Of a stretch of DNA of 64,000 nt, positions 51,696-64,000 are shown piece by piece. A program made the translations under genes and the position numbers. The first letter of the stretch is position 1; each line of letters starts with the position of its first letter. This DNA is from Octopus sinensis (taxonomy: Eukaryota). Location: the NCBI RefSeq assembly GCF_006345805.1, contig NC_042999.1, positions 32,860,001 through 32,924,000 of the forward strand, in the 5' to 3' direction. The notes beneath the pieces are model-generated. The model made no database searches and was not told the DNA's origin. It was given only the letters and a program-made list of their open reading frames with translations.

Positions 51696-51772
51696 CTTAC
51701 GACATATGTTTCGAAGACAACATGGCTTTATTCTAAAGGAATAAACGGTGTAATATGCAATCATCAGGAAAG
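51696..51772 (-). ncRNA. Decayed type I hammerhead motif (family H2)
   Basis: Minus strand reads CUUUC-CUGAUGA-(poorly pairing stem II)-GAAAC-AUAU-GU-C-GUAAG; same stem III and a similar downstream flank as 25744-25827. Confidence 0.5.
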
Positions 51773-51824
51773 AAATGAATTTTCCATGTTAACGGTAAAC
51801 ATAGGATAATTCATTCACCCATCG

Positions 51825-51887
<63 letters not shown>

Positions 51888-52969
51888 TGTATGTGTATAT
51901 CCAAGCACATAAATGTACACATGAATATATATATATATACTTATACATATATATATATGTAATACATAAAATACAGATGTCTGTGCAATCGCTTTTCACG
52001 CGAAAAGGGCTTCACCAATTGCTTCCGTAATTGTGATGCCTGAATAATTTGACCTCGGACAAATGTTAGGCTCTTCATTTGATTTTTTTAATTACAAATG
52101 AATAATTAGGCTTTATAGATATAATTCACTTCTGAATGTCAACTTCCGTTATTGACGTTGCAACGTCAAAAATCTTCTCGCTCTATTTTGATGATATTAT
52201 TCTAATTCACTATTTGCATACAAATATGATAACTTGCCGAAAGAAGTATTTACGAACTTCACAAATTTAGACATTCTCTACAAATCCTTTTAGCTATTCA
52301 GTTCATATTTGTTTCATTCAGTGTTCGCAATATTCTCCCTGAACCTCCCCGTCTAACACACACACTAGTGAGTCACACACGCATATGTGTGTTTTGTAAG
52401 TACGTTTGCATACATTTATGCACGGATGTGTATTTGTGAGAGAGAGAGAGAGAGAGTCAAGGTTGTGTTGTCATGTATACACACATACGCAAATACTTGT
52501 GCATACATCTGTTTTGTACGTATGTGTGCGTGTGTGTGTGACTAAGAGAGAGAGAGAGAGATAGATAGATAGAGAGAGAGATGTCTAAGTGGCATTCACT
52601 CTCTCTCTCTCTGTCTCTCATATGCTTACACAAAGATGTATGCGTATTTATTTATGTATTTATGTATGACAGTACACTCCTTCACACACTCTCTCTCTCT
52701 CACACACACACACACAAATGTCCACTTCATCTGATGCTTGATACTGTGTATGTGAGCGTGTAGGTGTGGATGTGTGCGTGGGACGTTCCACCATCGATAT
52801 TTATTTAAATTATTTTTGTGAAGATATTCACGTAATTCATTGTTTCATTTAATTCCCATTTTAATTGTCTAAAATTTCGGAGCACAATGTTCTCACTCTG
52901 CAAGAGGAGCTGGGGTCGATGTAGATGGTCATTGTTCTACAGTGAAGTAAAGTTGTCTACAGGTAGCCA

Positions 52970-53630
52970 GAGTCAACGTTGCATTCTGCAACTTTACTAA
53001 CTCAGTCAATTATGTTTGCAAATATATAAACAAATGTTTCGATGCTGCAACATACATCTTATGCAGATTTGCAGTCATCTGATAAATAAAAATGACACAG
53101 ATGCACAGTAAGACATAGGAGAATACATTTGTACCAATGAGGGTTTTGGCGCATCATCAATTTTCCCCTTCGTGAGAGGCACCCAGTCATCATTCATCTG
53201 AGTCTCCATTTAGAGAATGACCACATGGCTATCTTTACAAAACAAACAACCTTGCAACAAGCACTTTCTTCAAAAGAATTTTCCCTTACAACCATTTTTG
53301 AGTTGTGTAATGTAGATGAAAATGTAAGAAAATTCCTTTGCCCACAATTGCCCAAGTATTACAACTGCAGAACAATAAACGACACAAGAACAAATGTGGG
53401 GCTGATGCTGTTGCAAGAGTGTACAGTGCATCACCACACACAATACCAAGCAGAATGCATCTACTTACGCCTCCTTTTGCATGAAGTACGCGGTCCCAAA
53501 TCATTCCAAGATTCGAGGAAGGTAGATTGGTCGTTTGTGTGAAACTTATAAGGAAGCATGCTGTCAACAAGGTTTTCTTTTAGAAAATGATGAACATTGG
53601 GATATTACATTGACTGAAGCATCAGTATCA
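52970..53630 (+). mobile_element. Helitron Rep C-terminal/linker remnant
   Basis: VNVAFCN..SVNYVCKYINK (Rep YxxKY motif), FWRIINFPLRERHPVIIHLSLHLEN, YLRLLLHEVRGPKSF and CETYKEAC...LLENDEHWDITLTEA. Confidence 0.88.
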
Positions 53631-53650
53631 ACAACAACAACAACAACAAC

Positions 53651-53699
<49 letters not shown>

Positions 53700-53729
53700 T
53701 TAATAATGATAATAATGATAATAATAATG

Positions 53730-53789
<60 letters not shown>

Positions 53790-53816
53790 TTAATAATGAT
53801 AATAATGATAATAATG

Positions 53817-53902
<86 letters not shown>

Positions 53903-53903
53903 A
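53627..53903. repeat. (CAA)n-(TAA)n-(TGA)n compound trinucleotide repeat
   Basis: Direct reading; it interrupts the Helitron remnant. Confidence 0.95.
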
Positions 53904-54169
53904 GCAACAACATCGAAAAATACCTGATGAAGGCTGCAGGGTATATCAATCGTAACGTTGTGTTAACAACAAACATGATGAGGACAAATATCTGTCTTAT
54001 GTAAATATTGTAAATAATGAATATTTTGTATGTTTGTCTTTTTGTATATATTAACGATAAGTATGTAACTACGATGTTTGATCAATATGTATCCGGACTG
54101 TTGCCATATTAACGAAGCTGAAACAGGCAGAGTAAAGCCACTTAGCAAATATTGACCATGAGTACTGTT

Positions 54170-54945
54170 GTGAACGAACACTATTTTCTAGCGTTCTAGC
54201 GCACCTCTGCTGTTTACAGAAGTGCTTAGAATGAGGGTATGTATCACGTGATCATCACATTGACCTTGAGAAAGAAAGATGTCATGGCGATAGCTGCACA
54301 GAGGCCTACGCAGAGTTACAGAAAGAGTATGAAGAGGAGTGTATGAGCCACAGACAAGTGTGCAAATGATTCAGATGCTTCCAGCATGGTCGAAAAGCTG
54401 TTGATATTCAGAAACATTCTGGGAGTCCCGCTATCAGCAGCACTGAGAAAAACATCGGAGAAGTGCGTGCAGCTGTGAGAGTGAGTCTTCAAATCATAAC
54501 ACGTGAGCTATCAGAGGATGTGCTAATTAGTTACGGTTCAGTTCCGTATCACTGAAGATTTGGGTATGGGGACGTGTGTTTGCTATGTTTGTGCCAAAAC
54601 TGCTTTGCGCTGACCAAAAATACACTCGAGTTCCAGTTGCACAAATTTCTCTTTATCATGTCGAGAACGATGAAAGCGTTTTGAAAAAAATTGCGTAGGC
54701 CTCTGACCAGGTATCGCCAAGATCTTGGCAAAATTTGATACAGATCCTCTGCTCAACTTACTCTGTCATGGTCAGTGCGACGGTCACTCGATACGCACCT
54801 TCTTTCCAAGCACTGTTGTAAGCAATGGACGTGAGATAAAACGTTCAAACTTAGTGCGCCTGCACAGCAGTTGTTAAGGTAATTCTGTGCCAAGCAGCTT
54901 TACTCTCCGTGCTGCAGCTTCGTTACTATCTCAACACCACGCATG
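54170..54945 (+). mobile_element. Mariner-type deletion derivative (N-terminal HTH part) with long imperfect inverted ends
   Basis: EAYAELQKEYEEECMSHRQVCK*FRCF...HSGSP...RELSEDV...GM.RVFAMFVPKLL; about 54185-54275 aligns loosely as the reverse complement of about 54765-54855. Confidence 0.75.
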
Positions 54946-55027
54946 TGTGCTCTTTTTTTATGGTCGTTGACCTCTACAAAAAATATTCAGGTGGAAATGT
55001 ATATGAAAACTCACAATAAACGTCGCC

Positions 55028-55300
55028 TTTTTCAAGCCTAGCCAGGCTCATGGGCCTGGTTTCCCGATTTCTATGGCTTATATGCTCCCCCCAGACCATC
55101 GCAAAGTTACTCAAGAAACAGGAAGAGAGAGTGAGAGAAAGTTGTGGTGAAAGACTACAACAGGAGATCCCACCACCCGCTGCCGCAGCCCCGTGGAGCT
55201 TTTGGGTGTTTTCGCTCAATAAACACAAGCAACGCCCGGTCTGGGAATCTAAACCACGATCCTCCGACCGCGAGTCCGCTGCCCTAACCACTGTGCCATT
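55028..55300 (-). mobile_element. tRNA-Arg-like SINE family D
   Basis: Homologous to 50825-51127 (ttttcaagcctagccaggctcatggg...cctccgaccgcgagtccgctgccctaacca). Confidence 0.85.
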
Positions 55301-55745
55301 GCGCGCCCACATATAAAAACTTGCTAAATGTCTATGAATTACTTCTCTTATGACGAGTAAGCATATTCGCTTCTCAAATGTTAATATCGAAGTTTTTAAT
55401 CTAACTTTGCGAACTTTACATAGCCAATTCCGATTTCAACAATAACTTTAAATAATGCAAAGAAAGATGTCCACGCACATACCTAAGTATATCTTTGAAA
55501 CTGTCTTTGCATTTATCTGTTTATCTATCTATCTGACTACACATCTCTTTATCTATTTGTATATCTGTATATCCAATGCTCTCTTTCTCTTGCTTTCTCT
55601 CTAGAAGTTTTATTTATTATTTTGCACATTACTGAATGTGTTATATGTTTTATCTTATATTTTATCTTTCTATATATGTAACTTTTCTAAAGGGTATAAT
55701 TTAATATTTCATTATTAAATTCATAAAAGGTGTTTTTTGTTCTAA

Positions 55746-55822
<77 letters not shown>

Positions 55823-56144
55823 GATGTATATATATATATATGTATGTATGTGTGTATGTATATATGTATGTATACGTCTGTGCATGGTGTTTGTGCCCGC
55901 ACATGCATACGTATATAAAAAGAAGGCGTGTGTGTGTATGTATGAGTATACGTACATTATTGCATACACCCACACATCTTTATATACAAAAATATGCTGG
56001 CGTGCAGAGGCATCTTGTGCAAAAGAGTTCTCTAATATCCCAGAGTCTACCAAAGCCTTGTTAGCAGAATTGGTAGACAGAAATTAAAAACAGTCCCTCA
56101 CATATATCTCTGTATGTGAGAGGGAGTGTCTGTGAGGGTTTATG

Positions 56145-56237
<93 letters not shown>

Positions 56238-56240
<3 letters not shown>

Positions 56241-57290
56241 GAGAGTTTACGAAAAAACAAGAGTAAGAGAGGTGGTGTACAAAGCAAACAGATGTATTAG
56301 TATAACGCTCAGGAATAAAAAAAGTATTTTACGTTTCGAGCCTACGCTCTTCTACAGAAAGGGACACAGAAAAAAACAAAGAGCGAAACAATTTATGTAG
56401 TGGCTAACGATCTATCATGGCGACTGCCGGACAGAAGGGTCACAAAGGAGAACGAAGAAGCAGGGGAGATAAAGTAAAGATGCCTCCCCAACACGAAGGT
56501 GCGTGTGTGTATAAGGGAGTATGTATGTGCGAATGAAAGAGGGTTGGTGGTCTGGACGTGTGCGTAGGTGTAGGTGTGAAAATGTGGGGATGGGAATTGG
56601 TCAGTGCTGGTGTGTGGTTGGTGGGTTGTGATGTGATGTGTAATGTTGTATGGTGTAGTGTGGTGTGGTGTGATGTTGTTTGGAGTTGGGTGAGGCGAGA
56701 GTGGAGAAAGCACGGGTGTGGTATGGGTCCAGCTGAGTGTTGGGGTATGGGGTAGGCAGAGGGTGGTGATAGAGGTGGGCTTTGTGGGTAGGCAGAGGGT
56801 GGTAGTAGAGGTGGGATATATGGGAGAGGGTGTAGGGGATAGGATGGGGGCATGGGAAGAATAGGGAAGGTGGAGTAGGAATGTGTATGGGTGCGTTGGG
56901 CTTATAGGGAAGGGTTGATTATGAAGGGGGAGGGGAAGGTGGGTATGTCAGGAAAGAGAGTAAGAGAGAAGAGAGAAAGATGGAAGAGAGAAAGCGAGTG
57001 AGAGAGAAGAGAGAAAGAGAGAAGAGAGAAAGAGAGTAAGAGAGAAGAGAGAAAGAGAGAAGAGAGAAAGCGAGTAAGAGAGAAGAGAGAGAGAGAGCAT
57101 GAGATGTAATATATGATATTGGTGGAGTGCAGGTGATGGAGTCGGTGATTCAATAGGGTCGATGCTGGGTGCCGGTGAGGAGACTGGTGTTGGAGAGGTA
57201 AGGGCAAGTGCGGCAGCGTGGGCGGGAGCAGGGGAACGAACCAGGCTGGGAGGTAGACACACACTGTGTGTGAGCATGTATGTATATATA
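56238..57290 (-). mobile_element. Longer PLE-derived element (H1-related end plus simple-repeat-rich body) between two TA tracts
   Basis: 56238-56380 aligns with 2030-2170; the body is GT/GA-rich low-complexity sequence. Confidence 0.6.
56327..56360 (-). ncRNA. Minimal type I hammerhead motif, variant core CUGUAGA
   Basis: Minus strand reads UUU-CUGUAGA-A-GAGC-GUAG-GCUC-GAAAC-GU-A-AAA; stem I is only 3 bp. Confidence 0.6.
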
Positions 57291-57309
57291 TATGTATATG
57301 TGTATATAT

Positions 57310-57427
<118 letters not shown>

Positions 57428-57934
57428 TTCGTCACTGAAGTATTTCATATGCGATACTTACTTGTAACATGGAACTACTGGTGATATGGAAGCCAGCACA
57501 ACCGCTTGTTTGGTCGAATTCAGTGACCAAACCACCACAACCCAGGCTTACCTGCGAGGATATTTGGTGTCCGTTGGGCTGGAGGGCCACTGGTTGTAGG
57601 GTGTACTTCAGCGTTGGTTAAAGAATATAGCTTGTAAAGACCACTCTTTTCTCGAAGACGTCTGTAGATTGGAGAGGTTGTCTCAGGTGCTATGCAAGTC
57701 TTTTTAGGCCCAACATTTTGGATTGCACAATCGCTGGCAAAGCGACTTTACGATGCCCAGTTGAGTAGGGGAGCATCGTAATAAACACAGAAGCAGCTGA
57801 GGGTAATGTGGGTGAATCCGATAAAGGGTAAAGCAACCTCATGCTCGGGCATTACGGTATTTCGCACACGCTATATTCACACACGTATATGTGTACACAT
57901 ATGCGAAAGTGAATGTTTCTGATATATATATATA

Positions 57935-58282
57935 TATTAGAAGATCCTGGAAGGAATTGTGCATGGTGCCAAAGATCCCAGCAATGCCATCACGCTTCAG
58001 GACCAGTTACTGCAACAGCCTGGGCCCACGGCTTTTTAATATTCTCCCAAAGAGTCTGAGGAACTTGCACAAAGTAGATGTAGGGGTTTTTAAATCAAAG
58101 CTGGACCTCTTCCTATCGGGAGTCCCAGATGAGCCTATCTCACGGCAAGAGGTGCAAATGAGGGTAGCTATATCAAACTCCATTCTTCATCAAGTGCCAC
58201 ATACTAGAGCAGGCTCCTAGTAATAACAGTGTAGCGCAAAACGGCGGTGCATCAGCATGGCCGCAGCTCTGAGCTGAAACTT

Positions 58283-58283
<1 letters not shown>
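57935..58283 (+). mobile_element. 5'-truncated CR1/L2-type LINE 3' end
   Basis: ORF2 C-terminus CMVPKIP...RFRTSYCNSLGPRLFNILPKSLRNL...FKSKLDLFLSGVPDEP...SNSILHQ*, followed by the tail ggcggtgcatcagcatggccgcagctctgagctgaaac. Confidence 0.85.
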
Positions 58284-58337
<54 letters not shown>

Positions 58338-59346
58338 ATGTGTGTGTGTGTGTGCGTGTGTGCGTGTGTGCGTGTGTTTGTGCGGGGTTATGTATTATGT
58401 AGTCGATTATATTTGCATCTGTATATGATGGTTGAGAAATATAGTGTTCTTACACGAACATACGTGATTGCAGACGTAGTAAATATTTCTAGCATTGTTT
58501 TAGTGCACTGTTTTCTTTCATTTTCTACCATGTAAGTTCTTCCTTGGCTTCCATACAAACGTTTTGTACGTAATTTATAGACATTCCTTCATTATTTTCT
58601 CTCCTGTTCCACGTTGGTAAGTGGTGCCAATTCTTTTATCAAGACGGTATAATTAGTGTGAAAGCTCATTATGCATTTCTTGATTCGAATTATTCTAAAT
58701 TAATCTATTTTTCATTAAGACTACATATATTATTCATGATTTTTCAAGTAGCATTGAATAATTCAATAATTTTTATTAGAAATCAGGATTATAAAATATT
58801 TATAGGCTTCTGTATGGCATTTTTCAACTTGTAATTCCCACGTATTATAAACTTCAACAAGTTTCTTATGCAGAATCTTTTAAAAAATAATTACTCATTA
58901 TTTATCTATAGATTACATTGTTTTGAATGATTTACATAGTTTTTCCAATATATAAGCTTTCTTCGTGTTTCATTACAACAAACAGAAAAAAAATACAGAA
59001 ATCAACGAAAATGGTAGGAATTCAGGGTGTATTCTTCAGTACAAATATTGTGCCCAACTGCTTTATTACACTCACTATCAGAGCTCAATACAACAACTAC
59101 AAACTTGGTGTCGTCCTTCGCCACCAAATTAGGAAGTACTTGAATCCTGAGTTTACGATTCGTACTAACAACGAAAGTACCAGGGATCTAGGTATTTTCT
59201 TTACAAAATAAAGAACACAAATAGATTCAGGTTTACTACAGCCGCTTCAGTACTGTTTTGTTGTTCGAAAATTCGATTACATCATGGAAAAATAACCCAG
59301 TATTCTTGAAGTGTCTGTGTATTTATGCATATATATGGTTGTGTCG

Positions 59347-59510
59347 AGGTGCAGACGTTGCTGTGTAGGAAGAAGCCTGCTTCCCAACCACATGGTTCCG
59401 GGTTCAGTCTCGCTGCGTGGCACCTTTGGCAATTGTCCTCTACTATAGCCTTTGGCTAACTAAAGCTTTGTGAGTGGATTTAGTAGATGGAGTATAAGAG
59501 AAGCTCGTGG
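59347..59510 (+). mobile_element. SINE family A, 5' half
   Basis: gttgctgtgtaggaagaagcctgcttcccaaccacatggttccgggttcagtc...gaagctcgtgg, then TA repeats. Confidence 0.88.
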
Positions 59511-59513
59511 TAT

Positions 59514-59605
<92 letters not shown>

Positions 59606-59676
59606 CATACATATACATATATATATATATATAATATATATATATATATATACGTATATACATATACTATATATAC

Positions 59677-59720
<44 letters not shown>

Positions 59721-59721
59721 T

Positions 59722-59834
<113 letters not shown>

Positions 59835-60294
59835 TCCGAATTTGTGTGAATGTGTATAGAATAATATATCAGTTGAATAAAGTTAAAACATGGTCTGGTT
59901 TTCACGTTTTATTTTATTATTGTATTATTATTTTACAATGTGGAAGTGTATATTAAACATTGGATATATATTTTGTGATGCTCATAAAGTTCAATCAGCG
60001 CTCTGACATGTTCGTAGTGATCATTAGGTTTCAAAATATATTTAACTGACAGATTATTTATCAAGAACTCAGCGGTTGGTTAAATGCATTCCAAAATCTA
60101 ATGATTACTTCGAACGTATGAACGCGCTAATTGAATTTTATGAACATTACAAAATATATTTTAATTCTGTAAAAATCATTTTTTTAAATGCACTAATATA
60201 AAAACCTGAAAACCAGACAGATCATGTTTTAACCTTATTCAACTAATATATGTGTATGTGATTGTGTATATGTATGTGTGCGTATTTGTGTGTG

Positions 60295-60336
<42 letters not shown>

Positions 60337-60349
60337 TGTGTGTGTGTGT

Positions 60350-60558
60350 GTTTCTTTCAATGTTTACCTACCCCATCGCATGACAACTGATGTCGGTATG
60401 ATTACGTCCTCGTAATTTAAAGGTTCGGAAGAAGAGGTCAATAAAATACGCACCAGGCTTACAAAGAATAAGTCTAGCGGTCGAATTCTTCAACTAAAAG
60501 GTGTTGTTCCAGCGTGGCCATAGTGAAATGACTGAAACAAGTAACAGAATAAAAGAGT
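60350..60558 (+). mobile_element. SINE family A, 3' half
   Basis: ccccatcgcatgacaactgatg...caggcttacaaagaataagtc...gactgaaacaagtaacagaataaaagag. Confidence 0.85.
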
Positions 60559-60649
60559 ATATAAATATATATATACGTGTGATTGTGTAATATAGATTAT
60601 ATTACTCAAAGAAATTCCAACTTTGTTTCCCACGGTTTATTTACAATCT

Positions 60650-60752
60650 TATAATAATATAATATAATATAATATAATATAATATGATATAATATAATAT
60701 AATATAATATGATATAATATAATATAATATAATGTAATATAATACAATATAA
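60650..60752. repeat. (AATAT)n pentanucleotide repeat
   Basis: Direct reading. Confidence 0.95.
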
Positions 60753-62288
60753 TGAAATGATAGAATATTCTGATTGAAGAAGTATTTTCGTGTGTTACAC
60801 TATGCAGTGTTTAGGTTCATATAGTACAATTTACACAATGAATTCAGTTGAACCAGGATCAATAAAGAAGGTAATTTTTATTTTAAATTTACGTCTTCAA
60901 TTAAGTTTAAATCATAAATCTCTGAGATGCTTTGCATTTATGGTTTCATTGAAGCATATGATGAAAATGAAAGTTTATTTCCATATCCTTAAGAATAACG
61001 TTCTTAAGGGCAATGGAAGCTGTAAGAAGGTATATTAAATTAATAAAACTGTTGGCAGGCATCAATACATTTGGTTTATATCTGTATGCATATGTGACTC
61101 TAGAAGTTTCTCTTTTTTTTCTTTTTTCATTCAAATATTAGCAAAAATTTCATTTCTTGACTGCCTTTAACATTGTTTTTTTTTTCAAAATTTGCTATTC
61201 GGAAAATAAATTCTTCCGACAATATGAGCAATTACTTTTATATTTCAATAAAAATATCTTCGATTGACAAGAGGGAAATCATCCTCAGCAGAGATGTGGA
61301 GCTGGCTGATACAACAAAAAAATTTCAGTTATATACATTAGCGTAACGAACAAATTCTTCTCTCTATTAGCTATGTAAACATTTGCATGTTATCTTTGTT
61401 ACAATTCACGAACTGGCTTCAAAGAAGACAAGTGAGATTTCATTGTTCTGGTGTCTACATAACTAATGATTAGCAATTATTCCATAAATTAATTACGATA
61501 GATGCCATCATTTCCCCAGGACATAGACAACAACTTTATAGCATTTAATAGGTTGTACGATAAATAACATTGGTTCATATTACAGTCCCAAAAATGCCAC
61601 GAACGAAGGCTTTGAATAATTAACTTTCATGTTAACTTCAATAGGGCAATTTTCTTATATGTCAAGTTATGGACTACGTTACTAAAAGACTATATTCTCT
61701 GTTTGAATTGTTTCGCGATGATCCGAAAATAGCGAATGACCTTTATTCTAGGTTACTGTAATTAACGACACATTTCCTCAATAGATTTAATACGCTAAAT
61801 TTTCGTTGTTTTTTTTACGTACGTACGCGTGGTGTGTGTCACACTTACTTCAAAGAAGTGATTGGCAAAGCGAGAGAGAGAGGAGACCAGAGAGTAAGTA
61901 AAAGCGAAAGTGAGGGAGCGAGAGAGAAAGAAAAATAGTACAAAAAACAATGAGTGGTGACGGCGTTCGTTTTGTGTTTTTAAATGTTTCAGAGAGGAAA
62001 TAAGAGAGAGAGAGAGAGAAAGAGAGAGAGAGGGAGGAGAGAAAGAGAGGGATTAAGAGACAGTGAATGGTAACAGCGTTCGCATTGTGCTTTTAAAGTT
62101 GATACTTAGATACATGCACACATTGTTCAATTAAAAGCGGGAGAAAGGAGAGACACAAAGGAAGTGAAAGAGAAAGAGAGAAAGTGAGAGAATCAGTAGA
62201 TCCAAAGAAAAGTTATAGATACATAAACACAGCAAATACTGGATGTCACTTTCACTGTTCATTAGCGCACGAAGATAAAATTAACTCG

Positions 62289-63045
62289 TAGGTGGCTGAG
62301 TACTCCAGAGACATGCATACCATTAATGTAGCTCTCAGGGAGATTCAGACTCACATAGAATATGACAAGGTTGGCTACTTTGAATTACAGCTACAACTAA
62401 TTTTGGCCAGCTGAGTGGATTGGAGCTACATAAACTTTCAAATGGTTGGAAGAAGACGAAAAAGATCCTATACGGGGCAGGAAAATGTTTTTCGTCCTTA
62501 GGGTCAATATGAAGTGTTAACCCGGTCCTAACAGTGACATTCGTTGATCTCATCGATCTGGAGGCAAAACCTCCAGATAATCATCGATGTACAGGCTGTT
62601 GTTATCAAACTGAGTGTGAGTCGAGTGCGAATACACAATGGAATAGGAATTTTTTCGTCTTAGCTTTCACTGCTTATACTAAACACATATTTTTGCCTTA
62701 CAATATTTAACATTTCCTTTTCTTTCACTTAAAAATTGGCACTCCCTCGGTTACGACGCTGTGGTTCCTGTTTATCTGATTAACGATCAGTCTGTTGGTA
62801 AAATTAACGAGCACGTGACTAGAGTCATGCATACCACAAGGTACTTCTCAGGGAGATTCAGTCTCACACAGAATGTGACAAGGCTGGGCCCTTTGAATAA
62901 CTTAAAATCTCATTTTTGCCAGCTGAGTGGACTGCAGCAAGGTGAAGTAGCGTACTTCGCTCAAAAACACAGCACACCACTGGGAATCGTACTCATGACG
63001 TGGCCGAATACACCTAAGAACTGAGTCAGCCACCTGCACTCGCTT
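62289..63045 (-). mobile_element. Two copies of tRNA-derived SINE family C (62289-62530 partial; 62720-63045)
   Basis: Shared ctcagggagattcag.ctcac..agaat.tgacaagg...gccagctgagtgga; minus-strand head with B-box-like gtacgattcc near 62990. Confidence 0.75.
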
Positions 63046-63523
63046 AACCGTAGAGAAATGGAGTGAAGCGATAGAGACAGCGAAAGGAAAGCCTCAGTCG
63101 TTTACAATGACAATTAGATCGCTTTTCTTTCTAGCTTCTTTACCTTTAAGAATGAAGAAGAGACAACGACATTTAGTAATGAATAGAGGGGAAATACTTT
63201 CAGGTGATTTCGCTTTTATTCTAGGAGTTCAAGAACAAGGATTGCTAGTTCTGTCTTATTTCCCTGATGCGTACTTGCCTTCCTTCATGTATTTTAGTTG
63301 GCGGGGGGAGCCCATATTTTTTTCAGGCACGTTTAACGCTTTCTCTACAAACTACAAAATACCCTCACCCTGCCTTCATTTTACATTCATACACAAACCA
63401 GTGCAAATTTCGAACGGGGAACAACTGTGAAAAGAGCCCAGAAAAATGAGTAATACCCCCTACAAAATGGGTGAGGGAAAAAGTTGCCAACTGATGGCTA
63501 CATGAACTTCAAATTCATACTTC

Positions 63524-63604
63524 AGAAAATGCCTTCTAATATAGCCTCGGGCTGACCAAAGCCTCGTGAATGAATTTGGCAGACAGAAACTGGAAGAAGA
63601 CCCG

Positions 63605-63666
<62 letters not shown>

Positions 63667-63897
63667 ATAGTTTTATGTATGTGTGTTTGTCTCTGTGTTT
63701 GTCATCCAAACACAACCGTCTGACAACCGATGCTGGTGTGTTCACGTCCCGTAACTTAGCCGTTCGGCAGAATAAACTGATAGAATAAGCACGAGGCTTA
63801 CAGGGAATACGCTCAGGGGTCAATTTCTTCGAATAAAAGACAGTGCTTCAGCATAGCTACCGTCAAATTACTGATACAAGTAAAAGAATAAAAGATT
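63524..63897 (+). mobile_element. SINE family A, 5'-truncated
   Basis: ctaatatagcctcgggctgaccaaagcc...TA tract...gacaaccgatgctggtgtgttcacgtcccgtaacttag...aagtaaaagaataaaaga. Confidence 0.88.
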
Positions 63898-64000
63898 AAC
63901 AGAAGTACCAGTAAACCAAGAAGGATCTTTGAATATGTACGAGGTATTCTAAGGCTAAATAGTAATTCTGTTTACGTTTGCATAACTGAGATATGTTGGT

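Overview
AT-rich, microsatellite-dense eukaryotic DNA in which I can support no intact host gene. The repeat content (several tRNA-derived SINE families, (TA)n/(CA)n/(GATA)n tracts, CR1, Tc1/mariner, Helitron and Chapaev3 debris) resembles a coleoid cephalopod, most likely Octopus; that assignment is an inference from recognised repeat families. Almost all ORFs in the supplied track are microsatellite translations. The main signal is ten type I hammerhead-ribozyme (HHR) motifs in Penelope-like (PLE) terminal-repeat fragments, two of them core-mutated and one decayed. Seven lie about 35-120 nt upstream (in HHR sense) of a (TA)n tract. Two adjacent inverted-repeat structures each carry one HHR per strand: 41765-43200, with ~330-bp arms around a probable decayed GIY-YIG segment, and 43555-44068, a near-perfect ~514-bp palindrome with canonical cores. 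One dispersed subfamily has a recurrent non-canonical core, CUGUNGA. All folds and alignments were done by eye. Coordinates of decayed elements are approximate.
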